Below, in pieces: positions 61,225 through 64,000 of a stretch of 64,000 nucleotides of DNA. A program made the position numbers and the translations under genes. This DNA is from Candidatus Latescibacterota bacterium. Lineage in GTDB: Bacteria > Latescibacterota > UBA2968 > UBA8231. The notes beneath the pieces are model-generated. The model had not been told where the DNA came from. It was given only the letters and a program-made list of their open reading frames with translations, and did no database searches. Every line of letters begins with the position of its first letter. Position 1 is the stretch's first letter. The stretch is from NCBI GenBank assembly GCA_965248265.1, contig CBDFJF010000002.1, forward strand, positions 192,001 through 256,000, given 5' to 3'.

Positions 61225-62181
61225 CTACTGCGGCACGGTCAGTCGCGACATTGCTGAAGCAGGCACGGCCGTCCGAAACAGTCTTTCCGCCAGGCTGCGG
61301 CCGTTTCCTGGAACCGGGTGATCTGTCGTCGTTACCCCGTTCATCTGCAGAATGGACTGCGAGATTTCCGCGACACACCCAATGGTCTGCCGAGAGAGAG
61401 TGGAGAGACGGAGCGGCTTCCGCTTTGCCGTTGGGGAATACCTCTGCGAGTCGGAGGGGATGTAGCCATGGTTGTGGAGCGGTTTCCCCAGGAACTGGCC
61501 GACGATTCTCTGCATCTTGCCGACCGCCTCTTCGGACAGGTCCGGATCATCGATGCCGCTGGAGATGATGCCGATCCGTGTGTCACCATTCACCTGGAGA
61601 ACCGTCTTGATCAGTCCGTAGGCATCAACCATGTCGTTCCTACGCCAGGGTGTAACGACGACGACATCACGACTGGCTCTGATGACAGCTCTCGCGTGGC
61701 TGCTGAGCGCAGGACTGACGATGGCGAGGACGATATCGGCTTCCTCTTCCGCGGTCGTGAACCATCTCGCTAGTGAAGCCCGTTTGGTCGGGTCGAGATC
61801 GTCGAGGCCCGAGACGTCCACGTCGATGGTGACCAGCCTGATACCGTCAGCGCATTCGGCGGTGGGAGGCTCGTTACCACTTCCCGCGATGACGCCAAGG
61901 ATGGAGCCGTGCGCGGTGCCACTCGTGCGCATCCACAACCGCGGGTGGCTGAAATCGGCATCGAGGAGAAGCACTCGCTTGCCGCGCCTGGCAAACGCCA
62001 GGGCCAGGTTGAGAGTCAGCGATCCACGCTCTCTCACCTTGCCGTCGGCGGCAATGCAGATGACGGGTGGAGGAGCCGGAACATCGTTGCGAAAACCGGT
62101 CTCAGCGTTCGTGGCCGCGGGCGAGAGGAACAGGTGAGAGAAATCCTCCAGCCCTCGTCCCAGTCTGCGATCTCGTACCAT
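61225..62181 (-). CDS. MinD/FlhG-like protein with degenerate Walker motifs and an N-terminal ParB-like LGRGL peptide
   Basis: MVRDRRLGRGLEDF; NLALAFARRGKRVLLLDAD; VVVVTP...DAYGLIK; GYIPSD; no GKT/S. Confidence 0.8.
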   Translation of the reverse strand: MVRDRRLGRGLEDFSHLFLSPAATNAETGFRNDVPAPPPVICIAADGKVRERGSLTLNLALAFARRGKRVLLLDADFSHPRLWMRTSGTAHGSILGVIAGSGNEPPTAECADGIRLVTIDVDVSGLDDLDPTKRASLARWFTTAEEEADIVLAIVSPALSSHARAVIRASRDVVVVTPWRRNDMVDAYGLIKTVLQVNGDTRIGIISSGIDDPDLSEEAVGKMQRIVGQFLGKPLHNHGYIPSDSQRYSPTAKRKPLRLSTLSRQTIGCVAEISQSILQMNGVTTTDHPVPGNGRSLAERLFRTAVPASAMSRLTVPQ

Positions 62182-62189
62182 GGCGATCG

Positions 62190-63260
62190 TCAGTGGCCGA
62201 AAACCGTCACCAGGGAATTCCCCACGCCAATATCGTCGGTTGTCACCGCATCATTGCCGGGATCGGTTATCCATTTTCCGTCGACGATGAACTTGTATTC
62301 GTGTGTCCCCGACTCGAGGTGGAGGGAGCCCTGCCAGGTTTCGTGGTCGTGACGCTGCAGCATCACATCCTCCACGGGCTGCCAGTTGCTGAAGTCGCCG
62401 GCGATCTGCACCACTGTCGCTGCGGCGTCGCAATAGGTAAAGAGGATCTCGTTGCCAATCTGCCTGGGGCCCAGCCGGCGGGTTGTGCGGATGACATCCG
62501 ATTTCGTCTCTTCCGCGACGACCTCGGCCGCCAGGTGCATGTAATCTTCCGCCCCCGCGCTCTGCTTCCTGTATTCCTGAATGGGCAAGCCGAATCCGGC
62601 GGCCTCTCTCAATTTCACGGTGGCACGGATCACGGTGCTGTACCTGTTTTCCCCGAAGTGCTGGTCGATGTTCGTCAGAACCTCGCGGGCAAACAGGGTG
62701 TGTGCATCACAGATGGTGGCCAGTGCCCGCGACCTGATCTCATGTTCGTACTGGACCTTCAGGATTTCGATCATCTCGAGCAGCCGCGCGACCCCCTGTA
62801 AAGCGAAGACGCTCATGTCGATGGGTATGAGCGCCTCCGAACATGCTCTGAGCGCGTTGAAGGTGAGAAAACCCAGGCTGGGTGGGCAGTCGACGACGAC
62901 GTAGTCGTACTCCCGCTGCAGGTTCAGCAGAGCGCCGAGGAGGACGCTCTCGCGCTCCATCCTTCCTGCCAGCTGCTGCTCTACAGCACTGAGGACTAAC
63001 TGCGAGGGGGCGAGGTCGAGGCGGTCGCCGATTTTCACGATCACGTCGTCGAGACCTCGTCCATCCTCGACGAAGATGTCGTATATGCTGCTCTCCAGAT
63101 CCTCGACTTTCACATTCAAACCGATCGAGGCATGCGACTGAGGATCCAGATCGATCAGCAACACTTTTCTGTTGCTCGAGGCGAGGCTGGCTGAGAGGTT
63201 GATCGCGGTTGTCGTCTTGCCACAACCGCCCTTCTGATTGGCGATGGCTATCGTGCGCAT
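62190..63260 (-). CDS. ParA/Soj-family ATPase fused to a C-terminal CBM48/AMPK-beta glycogen-binding domain
   Basis: NQKGGCGKTT, DLDPQ, VVDCPPSLG; C-terminal VQIAGDFSNW...GTHEYKFIVDGKWITDP...GNS. Confidence 0.92.
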   Translation of the reverse strand: MRTIAIANQKGGCGKTTTAINLSASLASSNRKVLLIDLDPQSHASIGLNVKVEDLESSIYDIFVEDGRGLDDVIVKIGDRLDLAPSQLVLSAVEQQLAGRMERESVLLGALLNLQREYDYVVVDCPPSLGFLTFNALRACSEALIPIDMSVFALQGVARLLEMIEILKVQYEHEIRSRALATICDAHTLFAREVLTNIDQHFGENRYSTVIRATVKLREAAGFGLPIQEYRKQSAGAEDYMHLAAEVVAEETKSDVIRTTRRLGPRQIGNEILFTYCDAAATVVQIAGDFSNWQPVEDVMLQRHDHETWQGSLHLESGTHEYKFIVDGKWITDPGNDAVTTDDIGVGNSLVTVFGH

Positions 63261-63505
63261 GATTCCGCTCCCTTGTTCTGGCGATCCGCAACGCCGGTAG
63301 AAATCGACGCTGCAGATGCATCGACGCAGTTTTTCCAGACGAATGTCTGGCTGGTACGGAAACCGGGGAGGGCAATACGGGGAATGCGAACAGCAAAGGG
63401 GGATTTGGTGTTCCTACAAAAATACTGGTGTTCGGTTTGGGTCGCTACTGGTTTCTTTCTCGGCTCGCCAGGTCAAGGTCTTCGGCGATCCGAAACAGAA
63501 CCCCA

Positions 63506-64000
63506 TCAGGATTTACCGAATGTCTGCTCTACCACATGGCAACGGACGGTATGGCCGGGAACAGGCTCGATTTCCATAGGAGACTCCGTCTTGCAGATGT
63601 CGATGCATTCGGGGCACCGGGTATGGAAGCGGCAGCCCGAGGGTGGATCGATCGGACTGGGAACATCGCCCTTGAGGATGATCCGTTTGCGCTTCGATGT
63701 CGTGTCCTCCATGGGAACCGCGGAAAGCAGGGCCTTGGTGTAGGGATGGAGGGCATTCTTGTAGATCTCATCACTGGCGGCAGTCTCAACGATCTCGCCG
63801 AGGTACATGACGGCGACCCGATCACTGATGTACTCGACGACCGAGAGATCGTGAGCGATGAAGAGGTAGGACAGGTTGTGCTCCTCCCGCAGTTTCACCA
63901 GCAGATTGATGATCTGCGCCTGAATGGAAACGTCGAGTGCCGAGACGGCTTCATCACACACGATGAAGGCCGGATCGAGGGCGAGGGCGCGGGCAATTCC
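63506..64000 (-). CDS. oppF: Oligopeptide/dipeptide ABC transporter ATP-binding subunit (3' part)
   Basis: [40 protein letters not shown]. Confidence 0.92.
   Translation of the reverse strand, partial: GIARALALDPAFIVCDEAVSALDVSIQAQIINLLVKLREEHNLSYLFIAHDLSVVEYISDRVAVMYLGEIVETAASDEIYKNALHPYTKALLSAVPMEDTTSKRKRIILKGDVPSPIDPPSGCRFHTRCPECIDICKTESPMEIEPVPGHTVRCHVVEQTFGKS

Overview
The window is GC-rich bacterial DNA, plausibly from a Latescibacterota/FCB-type organism. That assignment is an inference from the FlgD-Ig C-terminal domains, an SWxEIK C-terminal motif and the many Gfo/Idh/MocA, PhyH and UxuA-like genes. Positions ~1-45.5 kb form an accessory island. Its left part (1-23.6 kb) is a decayed myovirus-like prophage (tape measure, tube initiator, LysM/tail-X, gpD split by an intact IS66, two tyrosine-recombinase genes with a dif-like site, a small terminase-like gene). 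It is interleaved with intact secreted or outer-membrane genes and with IS21, IS66, IS3, ISKra4-like and DUF1670 debris. Its right part (23.6-45.5 kb) is an array of four paralogous ~1350-1500 aa secreted tail-fibre/adhesin-like genes. Each is preceded by a copy of a tmRNA-like 3' end (att-like core), the same terminator and the same leader, and three of the four have a different integrative-element end remnant upstream. The N-termini are near-identical and the C-termini are module-shuffled. Positions 45.5-64 kb are mostly metabolic genes, plus an unusual operon pairing a ParA fused to a glycogen-binding CBM48 with an ATPase-dead MinD/FlhG homolog carrying a ParB-like LGRGL N-terminal peptide. 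All family calls are by eye; no database searches were run.
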